Source of the DNA: Steroidobacteraceae bacterium
GTDB lineage: Bacteria; Pseudomonadota; Gammaproteobacteria; Steroidobacterales; Steroidobacteraceae
Length of the DNA: 64,000 nucleotides
Reading direction: 5' to 3'
NCBI GenBank assembly: GCA_035631515.1
Contig: DASQIP010000066.1
Span: forward strand, 738 to 64,737
The notes under the pieces are model-generated. The model worked only from the letters and a program-made list of their open reading frames with translations, ran no database searches and was not told the DNA's origin. Positions 10,139-19,658 of the stretch are shown in pieces. Made by a program: the position numbers and the translations under genes. Every line of letters starts with the position of its first letter. Within the stretch, counting starts at the first letter, position 1.

Positions 10139-10771
10139 CTACTGCATCAAGCCGTTTCTGAGGGCGTAGGCCGTCAAGTCAGCGTTTGTGCTGAAGTTCA
10201 TCTTCTCCAGGATACGGGCCCGGTAGGTGCTCACCGTCTTGACGCTGATGCACAGCTCCCGGGCGATCTCCGAGACGCTGCGCCCCACGGCCAGCTTGCA
10301 CAGAATCTGGAATTCCCGCTGCGACAGGGTCGAGTGCAGCGGCTGATCCGCGGGCACATCGAGCGCGCCCACCAGCAGCTCGGCGAGCGTCGCGCTCACG
10401 AAGCGCCGGCCGGCGAGCAGCGCATGGATCGCGCGCATGAAGTCCTCCGGAGCCTGATCCTTGGCGAGATAGCCGGCGGCGCCCGCGCGCAGCGCGTAGA
10501 TCGCGTACTGCTTCTCCGAGAACGCGCTGATGACCAGAACGCGCGTCCGGGGATATCCGGTACGGATATGCGCCAGCACGTCGATGCCGCTGCGGTCCGG
10601 CATGTTGATGTCGAGCACCACCACGTCCCAGGGGCTGTCGCGCAGCCGCTCGAGAGTCTCGGTGCCGCTCACGGCCTCGCCGATGGCGTCGATCGCCGAG
10701 TCCTGCTCCAGCCAGCGCCGCAACCCGGCCCGCACCATCGCGTGGTCGTCGGCAATGAGTACGCTCGCCAT
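10139..10771 (-). CDS. NarL/FixJ-family response regulator (REC + LuxR HTH)
   Basis: Receiver (VLIADDHAMVR...VVVLDINMPDRSG) plus a C-terminal LuxR-type HTH (LSQREFQILCKLAVGRSVSEIARELCISVKTVSTYRARI). Confidence 0.9.
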   Translation of the reverse strand: MASVLIADDHAMVRAGLRRWLEQDSAIDAIGEAVSGTETLERLRDSPWDVVVLDINMPDRSGIDVLAHIRTGYPRTRVLVISAFSEKQYAIYALRAGAAGYLAKDQAPEDFMRAIHALLAGRRFVSATLAELLVGALDVPADQPLHSTLSQREFQILCKLAVGRSVSEIARELCISVKTVSTYRARILEKMNFSTNADLTAYALRNGLMQ

Positions 10772-10927
10772 GCAGGAACTTCCCCCCTCCGCGGCCTAGT
10801 GGCGGACCCCTCAGGCGGAATCCTACACGCCGACCGGCCCCAGTCCAGCTCCGGATTGCGGTTCAGCCTGGGTTTAATCCCCAGGTGCGAACGTACCCCC
10901 CGTCTCGATAGAGCACAGGAGTGGAAC

Positions 10928-11494
10928 ATGAGACACCATCTGGCGAAATTGCTGGCGGCTGCCCTGCTCGTGTGGACGCCGGTACTCTGGGCCAACCCGT
11001 ACACGGATACGGTCGGCCTCTTCAGGAACGCCGGCGAGAGCGCCCGGTTCTTCGACAACTGCTACGGGTACGCCGTATTTCCCACCATCGGCAAGGCCGG
11101 CCTGGTGGTTGGCGGCGCGCACGGCAGCGGGCGCGTGTACGTGCACGGCAGCTACGTGGGCAATGTCACCATGAACCAGCTGAGCGCGGGCTTTCAGGCG
11201 GGTGGCCAGGCTTACAGCCAGATCGTCTTTTTCGAGAATCGGCGCGCGTTCGACGAGTTCACCAAGGGTACTTATGAGTTCGGCGCCGACGTCAATGCCG
11301 TGGCGATCACGGCCGCCGCGGGCGGCAGTGTCGGCACCACTGGCGCCAGCGCCGAAGCGAGCGGCGGCATGAAGGATGCCATTACCGCAGGCCGCTACTA
11401 CAAGGGACTGGCGGTCTTCACCATCGTCAAGGGCGGGGCGATGTACCAGGCGACGGTAGCGGGGCAGAAGTTCAGCTATACGCCGAAGGCCTGA
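10928..11494 (+). CDS. secreted SYLF/DUF500 (Ysc84-like) lipid-binding domain protein
   Basis: ATG at 10928, signal peptide MRHHLAKLLAAALLVWTPVLWA, then CYGYAVFPTIGKAGLVVGGAHGSGRVY...QAGGQAYSQIVFF, which is characteristic of bacterial SYLF proteins. The upstream part of the 386-aa ORF is antisense to the regulator gene. Confidence 0.7.
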   Translation: MRHHLAKLLAAALLVWTPVLWANPYTDTVGLFRNAGESARFFDNCYGYAVFPTIGKAGLVVGGAHGSGRVYVHGSYVGNVTMNQLSAGFQAGGQAYSQIVFFENRRAFDEFTKGTYEFGADVNAVAITAAAGGSVGTTGASAEASGGMKDAITAGRYYKGLAVFTIVKGGAMYQATVAGQKFSYTPKA

Positions 11495-11692
11495 GCATGG
11501 AACCGCGCCCGCGCAGGCCCGCGAGGTGTCTCCCGCTCCGTGTGATCCTCGGGGATCGCGCGCCGCAGCGCGGGAGTTTCAGCGGCCTGGGCGCAGTGCG
11601 AGGCTGCGCCGCCCCGCGGGCGCGGTGCCACCGGGCGCCCGCACTGCCGCGGCCACCAGCCTGACCGGCCCCTCGCGCTCGGCGGCGGCGGC

Positions 11693-12538
11693 TTATTCCG
11701 CCGCCGTCGGCGTCAGGCCGGCTGCTGCTCTTCGGGCGCGCTCGAGCAGCCGGGGGCTCGCGAATCTCTGCGTCCACGCCTCGAACTCGGGTGTCGGCCC
11801 CCGCCAGCGCAGCGCCGCGGCGCCCGCGAACAGCTCTGCATCGGTCCTCAAGGTCGCGAGCTGCTTGAAGAGCAGGGCGAGGTCGCGCCGCTCGCCGAGG
11901 ACCTGAGGCGGAAAGGTCTCGAGCGCGCCGTACCTGCCGATGAGCCGCGCCGCGCTCACGGGCCCGATGCCGGCGAGTCCCGGATAGCCGTCCGCGGCAT
12001 CGCCGACGAGCGCGAGGAAGTCGGGGATCAGCTCGGGGTCCACCCCGAACTTCGCACGCACCGCGGCGGAGTTACGGATCTCCTTCGTTCTGCGGTCGAC
12101 CTGAACCACCCGGTCGCCGGCGACACACTGCGCGAGGTCCTTGTCCGGGCTCCAGATCGAGACCTTCTCGACGCGCGGCTCCGCGGCGGCGATGCGCGCC
12201 GCCGAGGCAAGGCCGTCGTCCGCCTCGAGCTCCACCATCGGCCAGACGGCGACGCCCATGGCGGCGAGCGCGTCCTCGAGCGGATGAAACTGCTCGAGGA
12301 GCGCAGGCTCCACGCCGTCGCCGGTCTTGTATCCGGGCCAGAGGTGGTTGCGGAAGGATTCGATGACGTGGTCGGTCGCGACACCGAGGTGGGTCGCGCC
12401 TTCTTCGACCATCTTGAGAACGGTATTGAGTACCCCGACGGCGGCACCCAAGGGCGGATCCCCGCCTTTCGCGAAGCGCCGCAGCCCGTAGAAGTGACGA
12501 AACAGCTCGTAGGTGCCGTCGATGAGATGGACGATCAC
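11693..12538 (-). CDS. 5'-3' exonuclease / flap endonuclease family protein
   Basis: LIDGTYELFRHFY N-terminus, PGYK, DKD acidic clusters and an H3TH motif (DGYPGLAGIGPVSAARLI). GTG at 12538 is chosen as the start; the upstream ORF extension is Ser/Arg-rich. Confidence 0.75.
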   Translation of the reverse strand: MIVHLIDGTYELFRHFYGLRRFAKGGDPPLGAAVGVLNTVLKMVEEGATHLGVATDHVIESFRNHLWPGYKTGDGVEPALLEQFHPLEDALAAMGVAVWPMVELEADDGLASAARIAAAEPRVEKVSIWSPDKDLAQCVAGDRVVQVDRRTKEIRNSAAVRAKFGVDPELIPDFLALVGDAADGYPGLAGIGPVSAARLIGRYGALETFPPQVLGERRDLALLFKQLATLRTDAELFAGAAALRWRGPTPEFEAWTQRFASPRLLERARRAAAGLTPTAAE

Positions 12539-12827
12539 CCGCTGGAGGCTACCGCGGATGGCTGAGACGTGGCCACTCTCGCCGCGGCTTGAGGGTCGCC
12601 GGACCCGCTCGCCGCCGTTGCAGCGTGACGACCGTCCGGTAACCGATGAGAAACACCAGGGTAGCGCCGACATCGAAGAGGAGGAACTCCACGGACCACC
12701 TCCATCAGTCACGGGCAGTCACTCTAGTGTGTACCGCCCCCCGGAGTCGGCCTCCCGGCGAGGGAGTGAGAGGGTGAAATTAGCAGGGAGCGGACCTCCT
12801 CATTTGGAGAGAGATTCCGCTACAGTT

Positions 12828-12847
12828 GGCGGCCGAAATCGGCCGCC
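12828..12847 (+). promoter_or_regulatory. GC-rich hairpin immediately upstream of the OsmC-like gene RBS
   Basis: GGCGGCCG-AAAT-CGGCCGCC is a perfect 8-bp stem with a 4-nt loop. It ends 1 nt before AGGGAG and 14 nt before ATG 12861. Confidence 0.3.
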
Positions 12848-12860
12848 AGGGAGCGGACGC

Positions 12861-13292
12861 ATGCCGAACGCTGAACCGAAGCTCCTGCCGCATGCGCGGA
12901 TCGAGGTCGACTGGGTCGGTGCGAGCGAGTTCGCCGCGCACCGCGCCGGCGGACCGGAGATTCGTATCGACGGCGACTCAAAATCCGCGCCGAGCCCCTT
13001 CGACACGCTGCTCGCCGCCATCGCGAGCTGTGCGGCGACCGACGTCGTCTCCATTCTCGCGAAGCAGCGCACGCCGGTTCAGGCGCTCAGGGTCGGCGTC
13101 GAGGCACAGCGGCTCGACCAGACGCCGCGGCGCCTGGCGTCCGCGATCCTGCATTTCTCGGTAACCGCGCCCGGCGCCAGCCAGGCAAAGGCCGAGCGGG
13201 CCGTCGAGCTCGCCGTGACCAGGTACTGCAGCGTGCGCTCGTCATTGCTCGCAGAGATTGCGGTTACCTGGACCGTCCGGCTCGGCGCCTGA
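12861..13292 (+). CDS. OsmC/Ohr family peroxiredoxin-like protein
   Basis: 143 aa with the two family cysteines in typical contexts (AIASCAATDV and VTRYCSVRSSL). ATG at 12861 with an AGGGAG RBS. Confidence 0.75.
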   Translation: MPNAEPKLLPHARIEVDWVGASEFAAHRAGGPEIRIDGDSKSAPSPFDTLLAAIASCAATDVVSILAKQRTPVQALRVGVEAQRLDQTPRRLASAILHFSVTAPGASQAKAERAVELAVTRYCSVRSSLLAEIAVTWTVRLGA

Positions 13293-13432
13293 GCAGGGAG
13301 CCTGAGCCGCGCAAAAAATCCGCGCCAAGATCCGCGCCTTGGCCACTTTCCGCCACGATTGCCGCACCGCCTTGCCGTAAGCGCCCGGGAGAATTCTCCT
13401 CGTAGCAGACCATCCTCAGGAGGCCCCTCCTC

Positions 13433-14686
13433 ATGTCGGATCGCTTCGAGGCCTTTCTCCGTCTCGTGCAGCGGGCAGTCGGCGTGCCGCTCGGCAGACT
13501 CGGCGCCGTGTTGGCCGGGAAGTTTCGGGCCGTATCGGCGCGAGCCTGGCGCGCGCGGCTGGTGACGGCCGCGCTCCTCGCGGTCCTCGGCTATGGCCTG
13601 TCCGTCCACCCGCCGTTCGCTTCGGTGCACCGCAGCGAAGTGCTGGTGCGCACCAATGTGTTCGACGGCTCGGCCACGGCCTACAGCGCCGGAACCGTGC
13701 TGGTGCTGCCGGGAGTAGAGCAGGTTCGCCGTTACCCGACGCGCGACCAGGTGTACCGCCCGACCGACAGCGCGCGTGCCACGGGCGCGGCGCCGTTTCA
13801 GTCGAACGAAGGCCTGTCGCTCGGAGTGGACCTGACGGTGCGCTGGGCCATCGACCGCAGCCGCATCGCGCAGATGTCGCGCGAGTACCCGGATGACCTC
13901 AACGCCGACCTCGTGCGCCCGGCGGTGCAAGGGGTCATCTACCCGCTGTTCGCGCGCTATACCGTGCGCGAGATCTTCTCGAGCAGGCGGGCGCAGATCC
14001 AGGAGGAAATGACGCGGGAGTTGCGGCCGAAGCTCGCCGCCATCGGCCTCATCCTGCGCGGCGTCGACATGGGACAGGTGGATCTTCCCGAGGACTACCG
14101 TGCGGAGATGGAGAAGCTGCTCGCCGAGGAGCTCGAGACCGAGAAGATCCGCTACACGCTGCAGCTGAAGGAAGCGCAGGTGCGCGAGACGCAGCTGGTC
14201 GCGGAAGCGGACAAGGTGCGGCGGCAGAAGGCCGCCGAGGCGGCCGGCGATGAGCAGGTGATCGCGGCGCGCGCCCAGGAGGAGACCATGAAGCACATCC
14301 TGCCCTTCAAGCACAAGCAGATCGAGCAGCGCCAGCTCGAGGCCGAAGCGGACAAGATCGCGCGCATCCGCACCGCCGAAGGTGCCGCCGAAGCGCGCCG
14401 CATCGAGGCGAAGGGCGAAGCCGACTCGCGCCAGAAGCTCGCGGATGCCGAGGCGTACCGGGTCGAGGTCGTGGGCAAGAGCAATGCCGGCCAGATGCAG
14501 CGCGAGGGCGCCCTGGTCGCGCAGTATCCGCTCCTCATCCAGAAGACCCTCGCCGACAAGCTGTCCGACAAGGTGCAGGTCATCATCGCACCGGCTCCGG
14601 CGCCCGGGCAGTTCATCGGCTCGACTCTGCTCGGCATCGATCCGTCGAAGAGCGCCGATGCGGCGCGGAGCGCGGAGCGGCGCTGA
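13433..14686 (+). CDS. SPFH/Band-7 (prohibitin/HflK-like) membrane protein with long coiled-coil tail
   Basis: N-terminal TM, SPFH core (GVDLTVRWAIDRSRI...IGLILRGVDMGQVDLPEDY), then a ~170-aa Glu/Ala/Lys/Arg-rich coiled coil. Confidence 0.75.
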   Translation: MSDRFEAFLRLVQRAVGVPLGRLGAVLAGKFRAVSARAWRARLVTAALLAVLGYGLSVHPPFASVHRSEVLVRTNVFDGSATAYSAGTVLVLPGVEQVRRYPTRDQVYRPTDSARATGAAPFQSNEGLSLGVDLTVRWAIDRSRIAQMSREYPDDLNADLVRPAVQGVIYPLFARYTVREIFSSRRAQIQEEMTRELRPKLAAIGLILRGVDMGQVDLPEDYRAEMEKLLAEELETEKIRYTLQLKEAQVRETQLVAEADKVRRQKAAEAAGDEQVIAARAQEETMKHILPFKHKQIEQRQLEAEADKIARIRTAEGAAEARRIEAKGEADSRQKLADAEAYRVEVVGKSNAGQMQREGALVAQYPLLIQKTLADKLSDKVQVIIAPAPAPGQFIGSTLLGIDPSKSADAARSAERR

Positions 14687-16086
14687 TGCTGGTCGCGCTG
14701 GCCGCGGCCCTCGGGATCGTCGTCGCGGATCACGCGGCGCTGCGCGCGGCGCCGCGTGCCACCGCCGCCGAGCTCGAGACGCTCTGGCAGGGGGACGTGC
14801 TCGAGATCCGCGGCGAGCGCGCCGGTTACCTCAAGGTCTACGACCATCGGCGCGAGCGCGCGGGCTACCTCGCGGAGAGTGCGGCGCGCACGGCCGGCCT
14901 TGCGGAAGCGGACGCCCCGGAGCTGCTCGCAGTACTCAGGTTTCTCAGCGAGCGGCCGGGATCGGAGGCGCTCGGGATCAGCTACGGCGCGGCCTACCTG
15001 CGGGCGGTGCCGGCGCGGGACCTCGACGCCGAGCCCTTCGTCGCAATCGCACGGATGGCGGAGCGGCTCGCGGACCGCGCCTCCCGCAGCGGTGCCAGCC
15101 ATGCCGAGGTCGCCGCGCATCTCGAGGTGGTGAGGCAATTCGGTATCGGGATGCGTACCTTCGATCTCAACGGCCGCATGCAGCTGTGCTATGAAGGTGA
15201 GCTCTATCGGCGCGTGCTCGCGATGCCGGCGGCGGGCGCCGCGGAGCGCGCGCACGCGGCGCTCGGCCTCACGCGGCCCGACTGCATTGATCCGGCCATG
15301 GGCCAGGTGCTGCGCGCCGCGGCAGACGAGGAGCGCCGCTCGCTTCTCGAGCGGGTCGACGAGCGACCGCTCACGCCGCTGCTGCGCAGCCGTCTGCACG
15401 CGCGGCGAGCGCTGGTGTGGGCCTCGGTAGCCTACGGCCAGGCGCGGCGCGGCGAGCCGCCGGGCGTCGCCGGGCAACACGCGCTCGATGAGCTGCTCGC
15501 CGTGCATCCGGACGATCTCGGCGAGGACCGCCGCGCCGAGTACCTCGACGCGTTGCTGCGGGTCGCGGCGATCCGCTGGGCGGCAGCGCCGCCGACACCG
15601 CCCTCAGGTCCCCTGACGCTCACCGCGGCTTCGGGCGAGCCGGGACAGACCTGCGTCACGCTCACGAACGCCCGCGCACCTGCCGCGCCGCTCGTGCGGC
15701 GCTGCACCTACGGGATCGTGTGGACGGCATCCGCACAGCCGGTCGCGCAGGGGAGTGCAATGGTGCTTGCGGTGCAGCCGCTCGAGACCTGGCGTGAGCT
15801 CTGGGTGTTCCACCCGAGCGGCGCGCATTGGGCGATCGATGTGATCCCGCCGGGCGTCGAGGATCCGGAAGAGGGCTACGTCGAGTTTGCGGGCTTCGCT
15901 CCCGGCACGCGCCGGCTGCTGGTGGCGCGCGAGGTGAAGGAGCGCGGCCGCTTCCGCCGCCGCTTCGAGGAGCTGCGCCTCGATGACCTCGCTCTCGTGC
16001 GGCAGGCCAGCGCGCCGGAGCTGCTCGCGGACTTCGGCCGATGGCAGGACCTGGCCTGGCGGCGTGATACGCTCGCGCTGCACTGA
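14686..16086 (+). CDS. hypothetical protein (possible N-terminal SH3-like segment)
   Basis: 466-aa ORF with a 1-nt overlap with the SPFH stop (TGATG) and strong GC3 bias. LWQGDVLEIRGERAGYLKVY resembles bacterial SH3. The rest is unrecognised. Confidence 0.55.
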   Translation: MLVALAAALGIVVADHAALRAAPRATAAELETLWQGDVLEIRGERAGYLKVYDHRRERAGYLAESAARTAGLAEADAPELLAVLRFLSERPGSEALGISYGAAYLRAVPARDLDAEPFVAIARMAERLADRASRSGASHAEVAAHLEVVRQFGIGMRTFDLNGRMQLCYEGELYRRVLAMPAAGAAERAHAALGLTRPDCIDPAMGQVLRAAADEERRSLLERVDERPLTPLLRSRLHARRALVWASVAYGQARRGEPPGVAGQHALDELLAVHPDDLGEDRRAEYLDALLRVAAIRWAAAPPTPPSGPLTLTAASGEPGQTCVTLTNARAPAAPLVRRCTYGIVWTASAQPVAQGSAMVLAVQPLETWRELWVFHPSGAHWAIDVIPPGVEDPEEGYVEFAGFAPGTRRLLVAREVKERGRFRRRFEELRLDDLALVRQASAPELLADFGRWQDLAWRRDTLALH

Positions 16087-16113
16087 GCGCCGTCCAACGA
16101 TCAGAGGTTTGCC

Positions 16114-16428
16114 ATGAAGACCTGGTTACTTCCGCTTGCCTGCCTCGGGCTTTTCAGTGTGTGCGCACAGGCCGCGGACTCGCCCGCCGCCCCGCCCGGG
16201 GGGCCGGACGTGCGCGCCGCATGCGCCGCGGACGTCAAGAAATTCTGCGCCGGAGTACAGCCGGGCAAGGGCCGCGTCCGCGCCTGTATCACGGAACATC
16301 GCGACGCACTGTCCGAGGGCTGCCGCGGCGCGCTGCAACAGGAGCGGGCGCACCGGCCGCCGCCGCCGAAGCCCGGCGGTCAGGGCGCGCCCGGGCAGGC
16401 GGCTCCTCCACCGCAGCCGCAGCAGTAA
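16114..16428 (+). CDS. small secreted cysteine-rich-repeat protein with Pro-rich tail
   Basis: Signal peptide MKTWLLPLACLGLFSVCAQA, a C-x6-C...C-x13-C cysteine-rich repeat (CAADVKKFCAGV..RACITEHRDALSEGC) and a C-terminal PPPPKPGG...PPPQPQQ tail. Confidence 0.6.
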   Translation: MKTWLLPLACLGLFSVCAQAADSPAAPPGGPDVRAACAADVKKFCAGVQPGKGRVRACITEHRDALSEGCRGALQQERAHRPPPPKPGGQGAPGQAAPPPQPQQ

Positions 16429-16440
16429 CAACATGCTCAC

Positions 16441-17340
16441 ATGAGCGGGCTGGTGTTCGCCGGCGTCGAGACCGGAGGCACCAAGATCCTCGCCAGGATC
16501 GTCGACGAGGGCGGCCGCGTCCTCGCCGACGGCCGTTGGGCCACGACTACCCCGCAGGCGGCGCTCGAGGACCTGCTCACATTTCTCAGCAAGGCCGTGC
16601 CGGCCGGCCGGCCGCTCGGCGGGATCGGCATGGCGGCCTTCGGGCCCCTGGTACGCGATGAGCTCGCCCGCGATTACGGCCGCGTGCTCGAGACACCCAA
16701 ACCCGGTTGGAGCGGCTCGAATCTGCGCGCCGCACTTGCCGCCAGGCTCGGCGTGCCGGTCGCGATCGACACCGATGTCAATGCGGCGGCGTGTGCCGAG
16801 TGGCGGCGGGGCGCCGAACAGGGAGTGCGGTACCTCGCCTACGTGACGGTGGGCACGGGCATCGGTGGCGGACTCGTGGTGGAGGGCCGCCCGCTGCCGG
16901 GGGCACTGCACCCGGAGATCGGCCACATCAGGCTGGCGCGCCGGGACCGCGATCAGGTGCGCAGCGTATGCCCGTTCCACGACAACTGCGCCGAAGGGCT
17001 CGCCGCGGGACCTGCGATCGCGCGCCGGCTGGGAAGAGAGCGGGCGCTTGCCGATGAGCCGGCGGTCCTCGCGCTGGTGGCCGACTACCTCGGCGACCTC
17101 GCCGCGACGCTGGTGCTCTCCTGGTCGCCCGAACGGATCGTGTGGGGCGGGGGCGTCATGGCAACGCCGCAACTCCTCGGGCTGCTGCGCAGCGCTCTGA
17201 GTGCCACCCTGGCGGGGTACGGGGTGGGTGAGGCCGCGGCCTCGCCGGATTTCTGCGTGCCTGCTGCGCTTGCGGATCCCGGCCTCGAGGGAGCGCTGCT
17301 GCTCGCCCGGGCAGCCGGCGAGCGGCGCGCGGTGCGGTGA
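16441..17340 (+). CDS. ROK-family sugar kinase (fructokinase/glucokinase-like)
   Basis: N-terminal ATP-binding GVETGGTKI, central GTGIGGG and a Cys/His zinc motif region (CPFHDNCAEG). Confidence 0.75.
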   Translation: MSGLVFAGVETGGTKILARIVDEGGRVLADGRWATTTPQAALEDLLTFLSKAVPAGRPLGGIGMAAFGPLVRDELARDYGRVLETPKPGWSGSNLRAALAARLGVPVAIDTDVNAAACAEWRRGAEQGVRYLAYVTVGTGIGGGLVVEGRPLPGALHPEIGHIRLARRDRDQVRSVCPFHDNCAEGLAAGPAIARRLGRERALADEPAVLALVADYLGDLAATLVLSWSPERIVWGGGVMATPQLLGLLRSALSATLAGYGVGEAAASPDFCVPAALADPGLEGALLLARAAGERRAVR

Positions 17341-17370
17341 GTCACGGCGTCTTCATTGGTTCCGTCAGCG

Positions 17371-17583
17371 CTAACGAAGTGCAGCGCATGCCGGCCGGCG
17401 ACGCCGCCAGAGCCACAGCAGGAGAGCGAGCAGCGATCCGCCAGGCAGAATCAATTCGATAGCCGCGTAGGGGCCGAGCTCCCGCAACAGCGCCACGACG
17501 CGACCGGCCTGGCCCGTAAGCCCGGCAGCGAGCGAGGCGCGCGCGGCGATCAGGCGAGCGGTGAATTCGGCGAGTGCGGCCAT
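17371..17583 (-). CDS. small membrane protein, hypothetical
   Basis: 70 aa. ATG at 17583 is preceded by AAGGAGA. C-terminal TM LILPGGSLLALLLWLW is followed by RRRR. Confidence 0.45.
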   Translation of the reverse strand: MAALAEFTARLIAARASLAAGLTGQAGRVVALLRELGPYAAIELILPGGSLLALLLWLWRRRRPACAALR

Positions 17584-17674
17584 CGTCGTCTCCTTCGGGG
17601 TGCTTCTGACTGCAACGACGAAGGAGCACGCCGATTTTCGACATCGGCGGGGGAGACTCACGGAGCCAAGGGCG

Positions 17675-18433
17675 TTACGGGGAAGCCGGCCGGCTGCCCG
17701 ATCCGCCGACGCGTTTCAGCCGCACCTCGTTGTACTTGTGCAGCTCGCGCACCTCGGTGATGGCGCCGCTCCGGTCGCGCACGAAGATCATGGTGTGAAT
17801 ACTGCCCTGCTGAAAGAACACGAGCGGAGCGAGGGGAATGAGCCGCGTCGCAGTTGCCCGGTCGCCGCCGCCATAGAGGGCGCCATCGCGGACGAATACC
17901 TGGTAGCGCGAGGTGGCCGCGTCATTCAGCCGATATTCTCCCTCGAGAGCCGGCCAGAGCTCCGAGTCGACTCCGATCGGCTCGAGGTCGCGCGGTACGA
18001 CGGTCACCTGGGCGGCCAACATCCTCCAACCGCCGCCTGCGCGCCGGTAGACATCCGTTTCCACGTACACCGTCTTCAGCCGCTGATCGAAGATGTCCTC
18101 GGTCTCGTCGAGCCAGTAGTGGACGATTGCCGCGGGTCCGGCACGCCGAACGGTCAGGTCCCGCACTCTGATCCGTCCGGAGAACCCTCGCGGCAGCGGC
18201 CGCATCTGCTTCAGGAACGCGGGCTTGCCGATGACCTCCCCGTCCTCGGTCGTGATCATGCAGCTCTCATCCAGCACCCGGTCCCACACCGCCGTGTCGC
18301 CGCCCGCCACCGCGTCGTACAGGGCCTGCGTAGTCGACTGAAACCACCCGACCGAAGTGTCGGTTGACGCGCGGCACGGCGCGCAGATCGATAAGCCGAG
18401 GACTGCGATCAGGGAGCAAAGCGCACGGGCCAT
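17675..18433 (-). CDS. secreted SnoaL/DUF4440-like (NTF2-fold) protein
   Basis: Signal peptide MARALCSLIAVLGLSICAPCRA, then an NTF2-like segment (ALYDAVAGGDTAVWDRVLDESCMITTEDGEV...VHYW...GGWRMLAAQ) plus an extra C-terminal domain. Confidence 0.55.
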   Translation of the reverse strand: MARALCSLIAVLGLSICAPCRASTDTSVGWFQSTTQALYDAVAGGDTAVWDRVLDESCMITTEDGEVIGKPAFLKQMRPLPRGFSGRIRVRDLTVRRAGPAAIVHYWLDETEDIFDQRLKTVYVETDVYRRAGGGWRMLAAQVTVVPRDLEPIGVDSELWPALEGEYRLNDAATSRYQVFVRDGALYGGGDRATATRLIPLAPLVFFQQGSIHTMIFVRDRSGAITEVRELHKYNEVRLKRVGGSGSRPASP

Positions 18434-18450
18434 CGCAACCTCGTTACTGC

Positions 18451-18702
18451 TCAGAGCTTCTTGACGACCACTCGTCCCGTCGCGTCGACGAACACGTGGT
18501 AGCGGTTGCCGTCGTTACACGAGGCCGTGTAATCGCTGTCGCCGTTACGCGTGGCCGAAACCACCTTGTCGCACGGCAGGCCCTGCAGCACGATGGTGGC
18601 GGTGAGGTCTTTGAAGGCCGAGTCCTCGGCGGCCGGCAGGTACGGCGAGCCGGCTCCCATGACGGCCGCGAGGGCCGCGAGGGCATATGCACGTGGGCGC
18701 AT
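18451..18702 (-). CDS. small secreted protein, hypothetical
   Basis: 83 aa with a signal-peptide-like N-terminus, two Cys residues and a beta-rich sequence. Tightly packed between flanking same-strand genes. Confidence 0.5.
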   Translation of the reverse strand: MRPRAYALAALAAVMGAGSPYLPAAEDSAFKDLTATIVLQGLPCDKVVSATRNGDSDYTASCNDGNRYHVFVDATGRVVVKKL

Positions 18703-18721
18703 CGTTGCTCCTGTGAGTGAG

Positions 18722-19438
18722 TCAGAGTTGGGCGAACTTTACGGGATCGACCAGGACCGTCCAGATGGCGTCCCGGGAAGCGGATACGGCCGCGGCGAGC
18801 TGAGCGTCGCCACCCTGAAGCAGGCTGACGACCTTGAGCAACAGCACCTCGAAGCGCTGTCGCAGCGCCGGCAGGGCGACCGGGGACTGCCCGTGGTGAA
18901 ATGCCCTGAACTGTGCCAGCAGATCGTCGACCTGGTTCTTGAGAGAGAGCTTGGTGAACACGCCGATCGCGTGCGTGTCCCGCAGCCGCTGCTCCAATGA
19001 CGTGAGATCGAGGGCGGGTGGGGCGGGTGCAGCGGCTGCGGAGCCTGGCGTGGGCACGGCGGTTGGCGCGGGCGCGGCAGGGCTCGGCGGTTTGGCCGCG
19101 CTCTTCGCCGGCGATGCACCGCCTGCCGATGTAGTGGCGGTGGGGGCGGGCCTGCTGCCGGGTGCAGGCGCGCCCGCGCGGGCCGGTTTCTCAGCCGGCT
19201 GCGCCGTCTGCCCGGGCTGGAGCGCCTGGGCCGGGGGCGCGGGCACGGCGGGCGCCGCGCCCGGGCGCAGGGGAGGCGCAGCGTGGGTCGCTGCCGCTTC
19301 CGGCGCTCCGCCGGCAGCAGCCGGTGACGTGGGTACCGCGGGCGTCGCTGCACCGCCGGTCTGCCCGACCGGGTGCGGATGCACGCAGCCGGCGACGAGG
19401 AGCAGAACCGCACATCCTGCCAATGCTTTCCTGGACAT
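18722..19438 (-). CDS. lipoprotein with Ala/Pro-rich linker, hypothetical
   Basis: Lipobox LLVAGC at residues 13-18, a ~120-aa low-complexity A/P region, then a ~90-aa helical C-terminal domain. Confidence 0.6.
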   Translation of the reverse strand: MSRKALAGCAVLLLVAGCVHPHPVGQTGGAATPAVPTSPAAAGGAPEAAATHAAPPLRPGAAPAVPAPPAQALQPGQTAQPAEKPARAGAPAPGSRPAPTATTSAGGASPAKSAAKPPSPAAPAPTAVPTPGSAAAAPAPPALDLTSLEQRLRDTHAIGVFTKLSLKNQVDDLLAQFRAFHHGQSPVALPALRQRFEVLLLKVVSLLQGGDAQLAAAVSASRDAIWTVLVDPVKFAQL

Positions 19439-19658
19439 GTCTGCTCCGAACGATACACCGCCGAGGGGCAGCCCCCAGCGTTTGCCAGATAGCCCTTCCC
19501 GGTGTCAACGATTTCTTACAGAGTTCTCGGTGTGCGCCTACAGACGCGGCACTTCAGGGCGGGCATGGTGCCGCCACACGGCTGGTTTTGCGTCGTCGCG
19601 GGTTCTCTACAGGAGCGCGGTGATCGATAATCCCCCTCGGCGCTCCAGGGGAGAGGTG

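Noticed and set aside
11590-11610. Hairpin GGCGCAG-N7-CTGCGCC in the 198-bp convergent gap between the SYLF and exonuclease genes, as an intrinsic terminator
   Set aside because: No U/T tract follows on either strand, and many comparable GC hairpins occur by chance at this G+C content. It is not supportable as an annotated terminator without 3'-end mapping.
13079-15507. 411-aa and 451-aa minus-strand ORFs
   Set aside because: They are shadow ORFs opposite the SPFH gene and its partner, and show no recognisable features.
16126-17172. 348-aa minus-strand ORF
   Set aside because: It is antisense to the ROK kinase and the Cys-rich protein genes. The translation is Arg/Gly/Pro-rich with no motifs.
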